A stretch of DNA of 64,000 nucleotides from an uncultured Candidatus Saccharibacteria bacterium. Its GTDB lineage: Bacteria > Patescibacteriota > Minisyncoccia > UBA11713 > 2-01-FULL-45-33. The notes beneath the pieces are model-generated. The model searched no databases. It saw nothing but the letters and a program-made list of their open reading frames with translations, and was not told the DNA's origin. Where the stretch lies: the NCBI GenBank assembly GCA_964464405.1, contig CAYXFX010000003.1, forward strand, positions 6,410 to 70,409, in the 5' to 3' direction. The position numbers and the translations under genes are program-made. Below are positions 37,451 through 47,533 of this stretch, one piece after another. Within the stretch, counting starts at the first letter, position 1. Each line of letters opens with the position of its first letter.

Positions 37451-37921
37451 CTATAAATTCAGCGGTTTAATTACGACTCGGCGGCCCATTCCTTCTCCCG
37501 TGCTTTCGGTAGAAATGTCGGGATATTCTTGGAGAACCGTGTGTACGATTCTTCGCTCGTATGCATTCATCGGGCGCATTTCGATCGGCTTTTTAAAATA
37601 TCGTACGCGCTGGGCATGCATGCGCGCCATATCTTTAATCTCCTCCACATGTTTTTTGTGGTAATCGTTTACGTCAATTAAAAATCTTATGTCTGTTTCT
37701 CCATATTTTTTTTCGACAATTCGGCGCACAACATGATTAAGCGCCGCTAAATTCTGTCCGCCTTCCCCAATCAAAAGCGGCGCTTCGTCTGATTTAAGAA
37801 TAAACCAGCTCTCTTCCGCACCCTCCTGAAATTCCAACGAGCTTAAAACGCCGAGTTTATTTAATATTTCGGATATCGTATTTCTTACAAATTCTACTTT
37901 TTCTTGTGTGTTTTCTGCCAT
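37451..37921 (-). CDS. jag: Jag/KhpB RNA-binding protein (KH + R3H)
   Basis: LIGEGGQNL, MNAYERRIVH, STGEG..RRVVI; downstream of yidC. Confidence 0.9.
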   Translation of the reverse strand: MAENTQEKVEFVRNTISEILNKLGVLSSLEFQEGAEESWFILKSDEAPLLIGEGGQNLAALNHVVRRIVEKKYGETDIRFLIDVNDYHKKHVEEIKDMARMHAQRVRYFKKPIEMRPMNAYERRIVHTVLQEYPDISTESTGEGMGRRVVIKPLNL

Positions 37922-37941
37922 TTAGAAGCAGATGTGTGAGT

Positions 37942-38643
37942 TTAAACCTTTCTCCGCACCATCGCTTCGTGAATAATAGCAAAAATATTCATTGATGTCC
38001 AATAAAGTGAAACTGCAGCTGGTAGTTTAAATCCTAAAAAGAAGATCATAACGGGAAAAACATACATCATCTGTTTCTGCATCATAACCGCCATGTCTGC
38101 TTTCTTTTTTACATCTCCCGCAGGTTGCACGGTCGCAAGTCTAATTTGCAAAAATTGGGATATCGCCGCAATAGCCGCAAGCCCAATACTTGCCTCTGTT
38201 AATGAGATAAAACCTAAAAACACTAGATTAATATTTTCCGGAATACTCAAAAAATAATAAACTTCTTGCGCTTTAAAAGGAATCCCGTTTATAAACACAC
38301 GATACATCGCAAAAAGAATGGGCAACTGGATTATCAACATAAAAAAACCGGAAAACGGGTTTATTCCGTGTATCTTATAGAGCTCCATTAGTGCGCGCGC
38401 TTGCTCGTTTTTGTCCTTTTTCTCTTCGTTTATTTTTTTAATTTGCGGCTCAATTTCTTTCATTATTTTTTGTGTACGCAACATCTTGTGCGTCATCGGA
38501 AATGTTAATATCTTTATTAACACTGTAAGTAAAATTACAGCCAGCCCCAAATCGTGCCCCGGAAGAAATGTAGTCAAAACCAATAGACCGTTTAGAATCG
38601 GTCTATAAAAAACCTGTGTATAGATTAAGCTAATAAATGACAT
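37942..38643 (-). CDS. yidC: Membrane protein insertase
   Basis: ELYKIHGINPFSG..IQLPI, AVSLYW. Confidence 0.93.
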   Translation of the reverse strand: MSFISLIYTQVFYRPILNGLLVLTTFLPGHDLGLAVILLTVLIKILTFPMTHKMLRTQKIMKEIEPQIKKINEEKKDKNEQARALMELYKIHGINPFSGFFMLIIQLPILFAMYRVFINGIPFKAQEVYYFLSIPENINLVFLGFISLTEASIGLAAIAAISQFLQIRLATVQPAGDVKKKADMAVMMQKQMMYVFPVMIFFLGFKLPAAVSLYWTSMNIFAIIHEAMVRRKV

Positions 38644-38968
38644 TTAGTAGATTTAGTATATCATTTTTTAAATCTTTAAAGGAAGGAGGTGGCGACTTTT
38701 CGATTTTCATAAAAAAAACAATTTTCATTCCTGATTTAATGTCTCCAATTTTTCCCCGCACAATTTCGCTCATTTGGCGCCTAAGTTTGTTTCTCAAAAC
38801 TGCACCGCCTCGTTTTTTCGAAACACTTGCGATAAAAGCAAATTTTTTTTCTTTTGTCTCAGCAGAGCAAAAACGCATAATAACATATTTACCGCGCAAA
38901 AACCTAGATCTCTTCTTAAAAAAATGATCTAGTTCCTTTCTATTTAACCGGAATTCTTTTTTTAGCAC
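38630..38968 (-). CDS. rnpA: Ribonuclease P protein component
   Basis: AVLRNKLRR motif; lies between rpmH and yidC. Confidence 0.88.
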   Translation of the reverse strand: MLKKEFRLNRKELDHFFKKRSRFLRGKYVIMRFCSAETKEKKFAFIASVSKKRGGAVLRNKLRRQMSEIVRGKIGDIKSGMKIVFFMKIEKSPPPSFKDLKNDILNLLNVIY

Positions 38969-38970
38969 AC

Positions 38971-39105
38971 TTATATTACAATTTTACGCCTACCCTTACT
39001 TCTTCTCCTTGAAAGCACATTTCTGCCAGTTTTGGATCTCATTCTTTTTAAAAAACCGTGTGTGCGCGATCTCTTCTTTTTTTTGGGTTGGTATGTTTGC
39101 GACAT
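38971..39105 (-). CDS. rpmH: 50S ribosomal protein L34 (not in ORF track)
   Basis: Manual translation: [44 protein letters not shown]. Confidence 0.95.
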   Translation of the reverse strand: MSQTYQPKKKKRSRTHGFLKRMRSKTGRNVLSRRRSKGRRKIVI

Positions 39106-39213
39106 ATAAGGATTCTACAATGTTTTTTTTATTTTGCAATATTCACAACGGGTCCACAACATATTAACATTAAAACTAAATACATGTTTAGAAAATAGAT
39201 TTATAGTTATCAT
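39106..39213. promoter_or_regulatory. Upstream oriC / dnaA promoter region
   Basis: Degenerate DnaA boxes at 11-bp period: ATATTCACA 39139, GGGTCCACA 39150, ATATTAACA 39161. Confidence 0.55.
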
Positions 39214-40575
39214 ATGATGATTAATGACGAATTGTGGAAAAAGGCGTTGGGAGGAATAGAAACTGAAATTTCAAGAGCTAATTTTTTAACTTGGTTTAAA
39301 AACACGCACATAATAGAACACTCTGAAAACACAATTACGATTGGGGTTCCATCAAATTTTGTTAAAGAGTGGTTGGAAAATAAATACCATAAATACATTT
39401 TGAAATCCTTAAGAAATATCTCTCCTGATATTAGAGTTATAAATTATACTATTGCTTCAGAAAACTTAAAAATTGATCAAAAATTAAAAATTCAGAAAGA
39501 ATCACCTCCTCCACCAGAAGAACAGCTCGAATTTAAAGATTTCAATCTCGACCCAAACACCAACCTAAATCCCAGATATACATTAGAAACATTCATTGTG
39601 GGCCCTTTTAATGAGCTTGCCTACGCAGCGGCGCTCGAAGTAATAAAAAACCTCGGCAAGGCCCTAAATCCTTTATTTATTTACGGAGGAGTTGGGTTGG
39701 GAAAAACCCATTTACTTCAAGCAATAGGAAACACTATTCATATAAAAGACCCTAGAAAGCGCGTTTACTACATTACATCTGAAAAATTCAGTAACGAAAT
39801 TGTATCATCAATTCAAAACCACAATATTCACAACTTTAAAGAAAAATACCGTGATTATGACTTACTAATTATTGATGATGTACAGTTTTTCGGTGGAAAG
39901 GTTAAAACTCAAGAAGAGTTTTTTTACACATTTAACACTTTGTACGAATCTGGGAAACAAGTCGTATTTTCTTCCGATAGGCCGCCGAAATCAATTCCTG
40001 ACATAGAAGAGCGGTTGCGCTCACGTCTGGAAGCAGGAGCTTATATTGATATTTCAGAACCAGAATACGAAACAAGACTTGCGATATTAAAATCAAAAAC
40101 ACTCGAAAAAAAACTTGATATTTCCGAAAAGGTGTTAGAAGTAATAGCTTCTGTTGTCCAAAAAAATATCAGGGAGTTGGAAGGTGCTTTAAATACCATA
40201 CACATGCAGTCCGTTTATCATAATAGGATTCTTACTCCTGATGAAGCAAAGGTAATACTAAGTAAAAATACACGCCCAAAAATAAATATAACACCTGCAC
40301 AAATTATTAAAAATGTCGCTGAATTTTATGATATTCCGGAACGCATGATGTTCGAGCGAACACGCAAAACCGAAATCGTAAAACCGCGACAAATAGCTAT
40401 GTTTTTAATTAGAGAAGATCTTGGCGGCTCATATCCTTTTATTGGACAAAAGTTTAATGGAATGGACCATACAACAGCAATCCATGCTTATGAAAAAATA
40501 ATTAATGATTTAAAAAAGAATTCAACACTTGAGGAAGAGTTGAGGAGTATTAGGGAAAAATATCAGGTTAAATAA
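39214..40575 (+). CDS. dnaA: Chromosomal replication initiator
   Basis: NPLFIYGGVGLGKTHL, IDDVQF, RELEGAL, DHTTAIHA. Confidence 0.98.
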   Translation: MMINDELWKKALGGIETEISRANFLTWFKNTHIIEHSENTITIGVPSNFVKEWLENKYHKYILKSLRNISPDIRVINYTIASENLKIDQKLKIQKESPPPPEEQLEFKDFNLDPNTNLNPRYTLETFIVGPFNELAYAAALEVIKNLGKALNPLFIYGGVGLGKTHLLQAIGNTIHIKDPRKRVYYITSEKFSNEIVSSIQNHNIHNFKEKYRDYDLLIIDDVQFFGGKVKTQEEFFYTFNTLYESGKQVVFSSDRPPKSIPDIEERLRSRLEAGAYIDISEPEYETRLAILKSKTLEKKLDISEKVLEVIASVVQKNIRELEGALNTIHMQSVYHNRILTPDEAKVILSKNTRPKINITPAQIIKNVAEFYDIPERMMFERTRKTEIVKPRQIAMFLIREDLGGSYPFIGQKFNGMDHTTAIHAYEKIINDLKKNSTLEEELRSIREKYQVK

Positions 40576-40719
40576 TTATCCACTGTATAATCACAATATA
40601 ATAAATAAAAGATATTAAAATTTTCATTTAAAAATAAATAAAAATTTTAATATCCACATATTAACAAAATTAGTAATAATAATTTTTTATTCAAATATAA
40701 ATTAAATTAATAAACAAAA
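40576..40719. promoter_or_regulatory. Probable oriC (dnaA-dnaN intergenic region)
   Basis: TTATCCACT 40576, ATATCCACA 40650, extremely AT-rich. Confidence 0.7.
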
Positions 40720-41820
40720 ATGAAAATTATTTGTGCCAATCAAAATATTAAAGAAATTCTTTCCATTGCAGAAAGAAATGTTTCAAAAAATCAAACTCTT
40801 CCTATTTTAAATTCTGTTTTTCTTAATGCCGAAGATGGAAAATTACAAGTAAGAGCGACAAATTTAGAAACCGCAATTGAAGCGAATGTTTTCTGTACTG
40901 TAAAAGAAAAAGGATCTTTAGTAATTCCAGCAAAGATTTTATATACTTATCTATCAAATATTAACGATGAACAAATTACACTGCAAAGCCAAAAAAGTAA
41001 TTTATTCATAAAAACAAATAATTCTGAAACAGTAATTAGGGGGATGTCTGTAGATGAATTTCCATTATTTCCGAAAATTGATGTGATAAACTCTTTTTCG
41101 ATGCCATGCGATCTTTTAAAAGAATCATTATCACAAGTTGTAAGTGCGTCTAGCCAATCAGAAATTAAACCAGAACTTGCTAGTGTTTTGTTTAAAATTT
41201 TTAAAAATTCAGTTAAATTTGCAGCAACCGATTCTTTTAGGTTGGCTGAAAAAACTATAGTTTCTAAGACAATCAACTCCGATAAACAATATAATTTTTT
41301 AGTACCACAAAAATCTGTACATGAAATTTTGAGGATTTTAGTTAATAATGAAATTATAAATGTTGGTTTTGGTAAAAATCAAATGATACTTGAAACCAAA
41401 CAACTAAAATTTATTTCACGTCTTACAGACGGCGTATTTCCGGACTATGAACAAATTATTCCTAAAACTTTCAAAACAGACGTTTTAATTACCCATAATT
41501 CAATTTTAAAAAATTTAAAAATAGCTAGTATTTTCGTCGGCAAATTAAACGAAATTAATCTAAATTTTGAGCCACATAAAAAATTAGTTTTAATTTCCGC
41601 ATCACATCCGGAAGCGGGCGAACATTCTTCCGAAGTCAGTGCGAATATTGAAGGAGAAGAAGTAAATATAAAATTTAATTATAAATATTTACTAGACGGT
41701 ATTTCACAGATAAACAGCGAGTATATTTCTTTTAATTTAAACGGCAGCGATTCCCCTCTTTTAATAAAAGGAAAAGGAGACTCATCTTTTATTTATTTAG
41801 CGATGCCGATGAGAGTTTAA
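40720..41820 (+). CDS. dnaN: DNA polymerase III beta clamp
   Basis: ATNLE, AATDSFRLAE, FPDYEQIIP, MPMR. Confidence 0.97.
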   Translation: MKIICANQNIKEILSIAERNVSKNQTLPILNSVFLNAEDGKLQVRATNLETAIEANVFCTVKEKGSLVIPAKILYTYLSNINDEQITLQSQKSNLFIKTNNSETVIRGMSVDEFPLFPKIDVINSFSMPCDLLKESLSQVVSASSQSEIKPELASVLFKIFKNSVKFAATDSFRLAEKTIVSKTINSDKQYNFLVPQKSVHEILRILVNNEIINVGFGKNQMILETKQLKFISRLTDGVFPDYEQIIPKTFKTDVLITHNSILKNLKIASIFVGKLNEINLNFEPHKKLVLISASHPEAGEHSSEVSANIEGEEVNIKFNYKYLLDGISQINSEYISFNLNGSDSPLLIKGKGDSSFIYLAMPMRV

Positions 41821-44312
41821 TTAGTAATATTTAAATTAATTTTTGTTTCCGTTTTATTTTCAGCTTCGTCATATATTTTAATTTTTATTTCAGCACTACT
41901 GGTATTAATAAAATCTAAATTTAATCTATACTGAAAAGGATTTGAAGTAACAGATCCTAAAAATTTTTCATTAACAAAAAAATCAATTTGTTTTATATTA
42001 TAAGAACTTTCTATTATGGGCTCGATGATTATATCATCCTTTTTACTGTAAGATGTTTTTTCTGGTAAAATTTTAATTTCTGTTTTAGAAAAAAAAGAAT
42101 TATAAATAGTGTCGTCGTATGAGTTTGGAATAGAATTTACGTTTTGGTCTATGTATCCACGCGAATATGCCCATTCTCTTACAGAATGCTCCCAGTTTTT
42201 AAATTGTGAGTCAGATGAAGGATTAAACGGAGGTTCACCTAAAGGATCATCTTTTTTTAACCAGTAAAGAATCGTATGTATGGCTGCAATAACACGCTCT
42301 TCTTTAAAATTTTGCGGAGTGTCTTCGCGCGCTAATTTTCCTGAATTTTTGTTTATAATATAAGAAATTCCACCTCTCCATTCTCCTTTAAGAACAGGTT
42401 TGTTGGCCGGAAAGTTATCCGGCGTAATAAAGTCTTCAGACGGTGTTTTTGTTAAAGCAAATTCCATTAACTCGTGCCACATCGGAGCAACAATAAATCC
42501 TGCGACCCTTTTTTCCATCGGGGTGTTGTCGTTATTTCCAGACCAAGCCCCGATTGCTATATTGGGCGTATATCCAATAACCCACGCGTCTCTATAATTA
42601 TTGGTGGTTCCTGTTTTTGCCGCAACTTTTTTACCTGAGAAAACAAGAGCTTCTCCAAATGAAGGTCCGCGAGCGTTATTGTCCGATAATATATCGCTAA
42701 TTGTGCGCGCAGTGTTTTTATCAACGACTTCAGATGATTTTGTTTCAGAAGTAAATAAAAGTTTTCCCGAAGAATCTTTAATTTCTAAAATATCCCTACT
42801 CGGGTTTTTTATTCCTTCGTTTGCAAAAACACCATACGCTGAAGTTAGTTCAAGAAGCGACACTTCTCCTCCTCCAAGCACTAAAGTAAGGCCATATCGA
42901 TCAGGTTCGTTAAGAGAGGTTATGCCGAAATCACGGGCTGTTCTTAAAGAATCATCCAACCCTGTTAAATAAAGAAGTTTAACAGAGGGAACGTTAAGTG
43001 ATTGCGCTAGGGCCTCTCTTAGTGAAACGGGGCCTCTAAATTTTTCATCATAATTTTGCGGGTGGTAGCATTTGTCAGGATCAAATCCGGCAGGAGCGTT
43101 TCCATTAGGCATGCACGATGGATTAAATTCAGTAAATAAATCAAAAAGAACAGTTTCGGGAGTATACCCTTTTTTAAGTGCGGTTGCGTATACAAACGGC
43201 TTAAAAGAAGAACCGGGCTGCCGCTTCGCTGTTGTGATGTTAAAATTCCCGTCTCTTTTTTGGTCAAAATAATCACGCGATCCGACCATGGCCAAAATAT
43301 CTCCGGTTTTTGGATCTGTTATCACAATTCCAGCATTTTTTGCATTGAAATTTTTTTCATTATTATCTCCGTATTTTTTTATAACTTCTTCTGATTTTTG
43401 TTGTAGATCGACGTCGAGCGTTGTTATAACATTAAGCCCACTTCTGGCGATCAAGTCTTCTCCATATTGGCTGTTTAATTTATCTAAAACCTCCATAACA
43501 AAATGAGGGGCAATGATTCCCTGCCTTTTTTGCGGCAAAAAGGAAACTTTTTCTTTTTTTGATTCCTCATATTCTTTTTCCGACAAAAAACCAAGGTCCA
43601 TCATTCTTTTTAAAGTAAATTCGGCTCGTTTATCGAGAGAGTCTTTATGTTTTCCGTACGGAGAATAGAAACTCGGCGCCTTAGGAAGAGACGCAAGATA
43701 TGCCGATTCTGGAATATTAAGTTCATTTGCGTGTTTTCCAAAAAAAGTAATGGCGGCCGATTCTACTCCATAAGCATTTTGTCCGTAAGGGATTTGGTTT
43801 AAATAGAGATCTAATATTTTATCTTTTGAGTATTTTTGTTCAATTTTGATTGTTAAAATTACTTCTTTGATTTTACGTTTGATTGTTTTTTCCGGCCCTA
43901 AAAGTGTGTTTTTTACAAGCTGTTGCGTAATAGTGGAGCCGCCCTGCTCTAAATTTATTTTTATAATATTTATCAAAAGCGACCGAAGAATTGAAAGCGG
44001 ACGAATTCCGTAGTGTTGATAAAAAGTGTCGTCTTCTAAAGCAATTGTTGCGTTTTTAATAGACCTAGGAATTTGATCAAATGTTATAACCGTCCTTTTT
44101 TCTTCTCCATGGACGTCATATAAAACAATTTTTCCGGTTCGATCGTAAATTTTTGTTGATTCGGCTCTTTTTATTTCATTCGCGTTTGCAATGTCTGGAA
44201 TTTTAGTAAAATAAACCGCAAGTACCAAAAAAACCATGCTTAAAACGGCGAGTGCCAAGATAGATAAAAAAAATTTCCAAATTATTTTTTTTCTTTTAAG
44301 CATTTTCTTCAC
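41817..44312 (-). CDS. Class A penicillin-binding protein (PBP1A family)
   Basis: EDDTFYQH, GGSTITQQL, QPGSSFKP, SLN, KTGT. Confidence 0.93.
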   Translation of the reverse strand: MKKMLKRKKIIWKFFLSILALAVLSMVFLVLAVYFTKIPDIANANEIKRAESTKIYDRTGKIVLYDVHGEEKRTVITFDQIPRSIKNATIALEDDTFYQHYGIRPLSILRSLLINIIKINLEQGGSTITQQLVKNTLLGPEKTIKRKIKEVILTIKIEQKYSKDKILDLYLNQIPYGQNAYGVESAAITFFGKHANELNIPESAYLASLPKAPSFYSPYGKHKDSLDKRAEFTLKRMMDLGFLSEKEYEESKKEKVSFLPQKRQGIIAPHFVMEVLDKLNSQYGEDLIARSGLNVITTLDVDLQQKSEEVIKKYGDNNEKNFNAKNAGIVITDPKTGDILAMVGSRDYFDQKRDGNFNITTAKRQPGSSFKPFVYATALKKGYTPETVLFDLFTEFNPSCMPNGNAPAGFDPDKCYHPQNYDEKFRGPVSLREALAQSLNVPSVKLLYLTGLDDSLRTARDFGITSLNEPDRYGLTLVLGGGEVSLLELTSAYGVFANEGIKNPSRDILEIKDSSGKLLFTSETKSSEVVDKNTARTISDILSDNNARGPSFGEALVFSGKKVAAKTGTTNNYRDAWVIGYTPNIAIGAWSGNNDNTPMEKRVAGFIVAPMWHELMEFALTKTPSEDFITPDNFPANKPVLKGEWRGGISYIINKNSGKLAREDTPQNFKEERVIAAIHTILYWLKKDDPLGEPPFNPSSDSQFKNWEHSVREWAYSRGYIDQNVNSIPNSYDDTIYNSFFSKTEIKILPEKTSYSKKDDIIIEPIIESSYNIKQIDFFVNEKFLGSVTSNPFQYRLNLDFINTSSAEIKIKIYDEAENKTETKINLNITN

Positions 44313-44341
44313 CGGTTTATTATAGCCGGTTTCTAACTTTT

Positions 44342-45538
44342 ATGCTATATTATAAAGATTCTATGAATATAGACAATAAAAAAATACAGGAGGTTTTGGA
44401 GAGGAATGTAGAGCAAATTATCACAAAAGAGGAATTATTAAAAAAGATGAGCTCTGGAAAACAACTTCGTATTAAACACGGGGTTGATGTTACAAGCCCG
44501 ATGCTACATTTGGGACACGCCGTTAACTATTGGAAAATGAGGGAATTTCAGGAGATGGGACACAAAATTATTTTTTTAATCGGCGATTTTACAACGACCA
44601 TCGGCGACCCTACCGGAAAATCAAAAACACGCCCAGAGATAAATGAAGTAGAAATTAAAAAAAACGCAAAAGATTATTTGCGCCAGGCTGCGAAAATTTT
44701 AATAAACAAACCAAAATTACTCGAAGTTCGGAGAAATTCTGAGTGGTTCGGCAAAATGAAACTCGGCGGATTTCTCTCGCTTTTAAAGAAAATTACACAT
44801 TCTCGGCTAATGGAACGAGATATGTTCCAGGATAGGATTAAAAAACAAGAAGATATTTACATGCACGAAACGATGTACCCGATTCTGCAGGCTTATGATT
44901 CTGTCATGCTGAAGTCTGACCTGACCATTATCGGTTCAGACCAGCTTTTTAATGAGCTTATCGGAAGAAAATATCAGGAAATTTTCGGACAGAATCCTCA
45001 GTCGATTATCACCACATCAATAACGCCCGGCTTGGACGGAGGAAAAAAAATGTCAAAATCTTTAGGAAATTTTGTGGCCATTGCAGATTCTCCAGAAAAT
45101 CAATTCGGAAAAATAATGACGCTACTTGACGAATTGATCCAGATTTATTTTTTGGTTTACACAAAACTATCATTAGAGGAAATCGAAAACATAAAAAAAG
45201 AAAAGCCGTTCGAAGCCAAAAAAAAGTTGGCTTTCGAAATTGTAAAAATATACCACGGAGTTGATAGTGCAACAAAAGCTAAAAATAATTTTGAAAAGAA
45301 CTTTTCGAAAAGAGAAATTAACGAAGATAACTTAAAGATATATAAAGTTCAAAAAGGAGAAAAATGGGCCGACTTTTTAGTAAAAGAAAATTTTGTAAAA
45401 TCAAAAACTGAAGCGAAACGGTTATTAAGTGGTGGCGGAGTAGAACAAAAAAATAAAAAAATTAGTCAAAATATTGAAATAACTTCTGGTATCGCAAAAA
45501 TAGGAAAATATAAATTTGTAAAAATTGATATTTTATAA
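44342..45538 (+). CDS. tyrS: Tyrosine--tRNA ligase
   Basis: HLGH, IGDPTGK, YPILQAYD, KMSKS, S4-like tail. Confidence 0.96.
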   Translation: MLYYKDSMNIDNKKIQEVLERNVEQIITKEELLKKMSSGKQLRIKHGVDVTSPMLHLGHAVNYWKMREFQEMGHKIIFLIGDFTTTIGDPTGKSKTRPEINEVEIKKNAKDYLRQAAKILINKPKLLEVRRNSEWFGKMKLGGFLSLLKKITHSRLMERDMFQDRIKKQEDIYMHETMYPILQAYDSVMLKSDLTIIGSDQLFNELIGRKYQEIFGQNPQSIITTSITPGLDGGKKMSKSLGNFVAIADSPENQFGKIMTLLDELIQIYFLVYTKLSLEEIENIKKEKPFEAKKKLAFEIVKIYHGVDSATKAKNNFEKNFSKREINEDNLKIYKVQKGEKWADFLVKENFVKSKTEAKRLLSGGGVEQKNKKISQNIEITSGIAKIGKYKFVKIDIL

Positions 45539-45565
45539 AAAATTGCCCCAGTGGGGCAATTTTTT
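45537..45565. terminator. Bidirectional intrinsic terminator
   Basis: AAAAAATTGCCCC-agt-GGGGCAATTTTTT. Confidence 0.8.
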
Positions 45566-45728
45566 ACTCGTCTAGTTCTTTTTCTGCTTCACTTACTTTC
45601 CAATCTTTTTCCTCTTCGCCTTCCCCCTCTTCTTCTCCGAGTCCATCAACTAAATCTCCATCATCGCTATCTCCTCCGCCAACAGGTTCTGCGTCATCTA
45701 ATAATAAATTATCATCAAAATTTACCAT
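45564..45728 (-). CDS. Small very acidic protein, 54 aa (not in ORF track)
   Basis: MVNFDDNLLLDDAEPVGGGDSDDGDLVDGLGEEEGEGEEEKDWKVSEAEKELDE*, ending at the terminator. Confidence 0.65.
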   Translation of the reverse strand: MVNFDDNLLLDDAEPVGGGDSDDGDLVDGLGEEEGEGEEEKDWKVSEAEKELDE

Positions 45729-45805
45729 AGTATGTCTCAATCGACCTATTATTATTAATATTCCTTTCCAATTTAAAAGAGATTTCAGGCTCTGGCAAAT
45801 CTGGT

Positions 45806-45825
45806 TGTGGATAAGTTATGGATAA
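45806..45825 (-). promoter_or_regulatory. Tandem DnaA boxes
   Basis: TGTGGATAA (perfect) and TATGGATAA, 11 bp apart. Confidence 0.6.
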
Positions 45826-45831
45826 CGTTGA

Positions 45832-46302
45832 TTATTCGCGGCTTACAAGGGCAGTAAGCGCAATGGCTATAGCGTCTGTTTCGTCGTCTAAAAGCTTATT
45901 TTTAGGCATTTTTAACAAAATTTTGACCATAGACGCGACAGCTTCTTTATTTGCCTTACCATATCCACATACCGCTGTTTTTACCTCTAAAGGAGCATAC
46001 TCTTTTATCTTTAAGGAGTGCATTTCTGCGACAGAAAGTATTATGCCACGAACCTCGCCGATTACAAGGGCGGTTTTTACGTTTTTTGCAAATAAAAGCT
46101 TTTCGATAGAAATTGTGTGAGGATGTGATTTTTTAATTATATTATCCAAAAATATGAAAATTTCAAAAAGCCTTTTACTTTTTGAAATTTTTGTAGAGGT
46201 TTTTTTTACTCCCGAATCAATTTTTTCGATATGGTTTTCGTTTTTTTTTAAAATAGCCCAACCCAGCCGCTCAATGCCGGGATCAATTCCTAGAACAATC
46301 AT
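45832..46302 (-). CDS. ruvC: Holliday junction resolvase
   Basis: LGIDPG, IEKLLF, GYGKANK, DDETDAIAIA. Confidence 0.95.
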   Translation of the reverse strand: MIVLGIDPGIERLGWAILKKNENHIEKIDSGVKKTSTKISKSKRLFEIFIFLDNIIKKSHPHTISIEKLLFAKNVKTALVIGEVRGIILSVAEMHSLKIKEYAPLEVKTAVCGYGKANKEAVASMVKILLKMPKNKLLDDETDAIAIALTALVSRE

Positions 46303-46832
46303 ATAGAGTTAGAATAAACATCCAGCACATCGTCCTGATTATCTAATGCGTCCAGAAGAGATTCAAATTTTTTTGAATCTTCTTCGGATAGTTGTGTCGG
46401 AAACTTTGGATTAAATTCTTTTCCTATTTTGTCGAATGCCCACATTGCGCTTCCTTCCACGCCCAGCTTCCCTTCGTGTTCTGCAAGTATGTGTTTTATT
46501 TCGTTTGTTGTGCGGTTTGAACTGTCTGTAACTGCGGTAATAATTAAGGCCGATCCTCCTGGCCCATATGCTTCGTAGAGAACTTCTTTTAACTCGTTGC
46601 CGTCTTTCGAGGCGGCTTTATCAATCGCGCGCGCAATATTATCACTTGGCATGTTTGCTTTTCTGGCCTCTTCTATCGCCGAAGCAAGTTTTGAATTTGT
46701 TTTAGGGTCGTTTCCGAGCTCTTTTACCACAACTGTTATTGCACGCGAAAGTTTGGAGAAAATTTTCCCCTTCTTTGCGTCAGTTGCTGCTTTTTTATAT
46801 TTAATTTGCGCCCACTTGCTATGTCCGCTCAT
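46299..46832 (-). CDS. yebC: YebC/PmpR-family protein, short form
   Basis: MSGHSKWAQIK, YEAYGPGG, TDSSNRT, DDVLDVYSN. Confidence 0.93.
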   Translation of the reverse strand: MSGHSKWAQIKYKKAATDAKKGKIFSKLSRAITVVVKELGNDPKTNSKLASAIEEARKANMPSDNIARAIDKAASKDGNELKEVLYEAYGPGGSALIITAVTDSSNRTTNEIKHILAEHEGKLGVEGSAMWAFDKIGKEFNPKFPTQLSEEDSKKFESLLDALDNQDDVLDVYSNSI

Positions 46833-47325
46833 TTTTTTCTAAAATTGTATTTTGTAAAATCAGATCTTTTGCCTCATTAAGCCGCGGCACTTGTTTTATA
46901 TGAAATGATTTTTCTCCGGCTGTTTGGATAATTATATTGCCATATCCTAGAAGTGTCGGAAGCATTCCAGGCATCTCGATTGTCACGTCTTGCACGCGTT
47001 CCAGAGCAAATTCCGAAATTTCTCTATAAAATAAACCTTTTTGTTCAACATCGACTATTCTCTCGTTTGTTATGATCCACATATCCAAATGATAGTCGGC
47101 CCAAAAAATAAAAAGAATTAATACGAGAATCATTAAATAAACAACAAAAGAAAATGCAAATATAGGCAAATAATAATCTAAGTCAATCGGAATGGTTGTT
47201 AAAAAAGAAAACAACAATAACGGAAAAATTAAAAAAATCAGCCCAAGAAAAAATTTTAAAAACATCACAATCCAGTGTCTATGCAAAACCATCAAAATTT
47301 TTTCATTTCGGTTTAAATTAATCAT
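46819..47325 (-). CDS. Membrane protein with a bacterial PH domain
   Basis: RHW, two TM segments, IITNERIVDVEQKGLF, YGNIIIQTAG. Confidence 0.8.
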   Translation of the reverse strand: MINLNRNEKILMVLHRHWIVMFLKFFLGLIFLIFPLLLFSFLTTIPIDLDYYLPIFAFSFVVYLMILVLILFIFWADYHLDMWIITNERIVDVEQKGLFYREISEFALERVQDVTIEMPGMLPTLLGYGNIIIQTAGEKSFHIKQVPRLNEAKDLILQNTILEKNERT

Positions 47326-47525
47326 ATTACAGTTGGAATGCTTAAAAACAAAATTAAGGATAATATGTTTAATAAAAACATGACTGCAAGAAAAATTCTC
47401 GGAACCCAGTTTATAAAGTCATGTGGAAGACTATATTCTTTTAAATGCCAAAATGCGGAAAACGTAAAAAACCAATAAACCACCAAAAATACAGCATAAA
47501 TGGATAAAGAAATAAGAAAAACCAT
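47322..47525 (-). CDS. Small two-TM protein
   Basis: 67 aa, coupled within the ruvB operon. Confidence 0.6.
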   Translation of the reverse strand: MVFLISLSIYAVFLVVYWFFTFSAFWHLKEYSLPHDFINWVPRIFLAVMFLLNILSLILFLSIPTVI

Positions 47526-47533
47526 AATTTATA

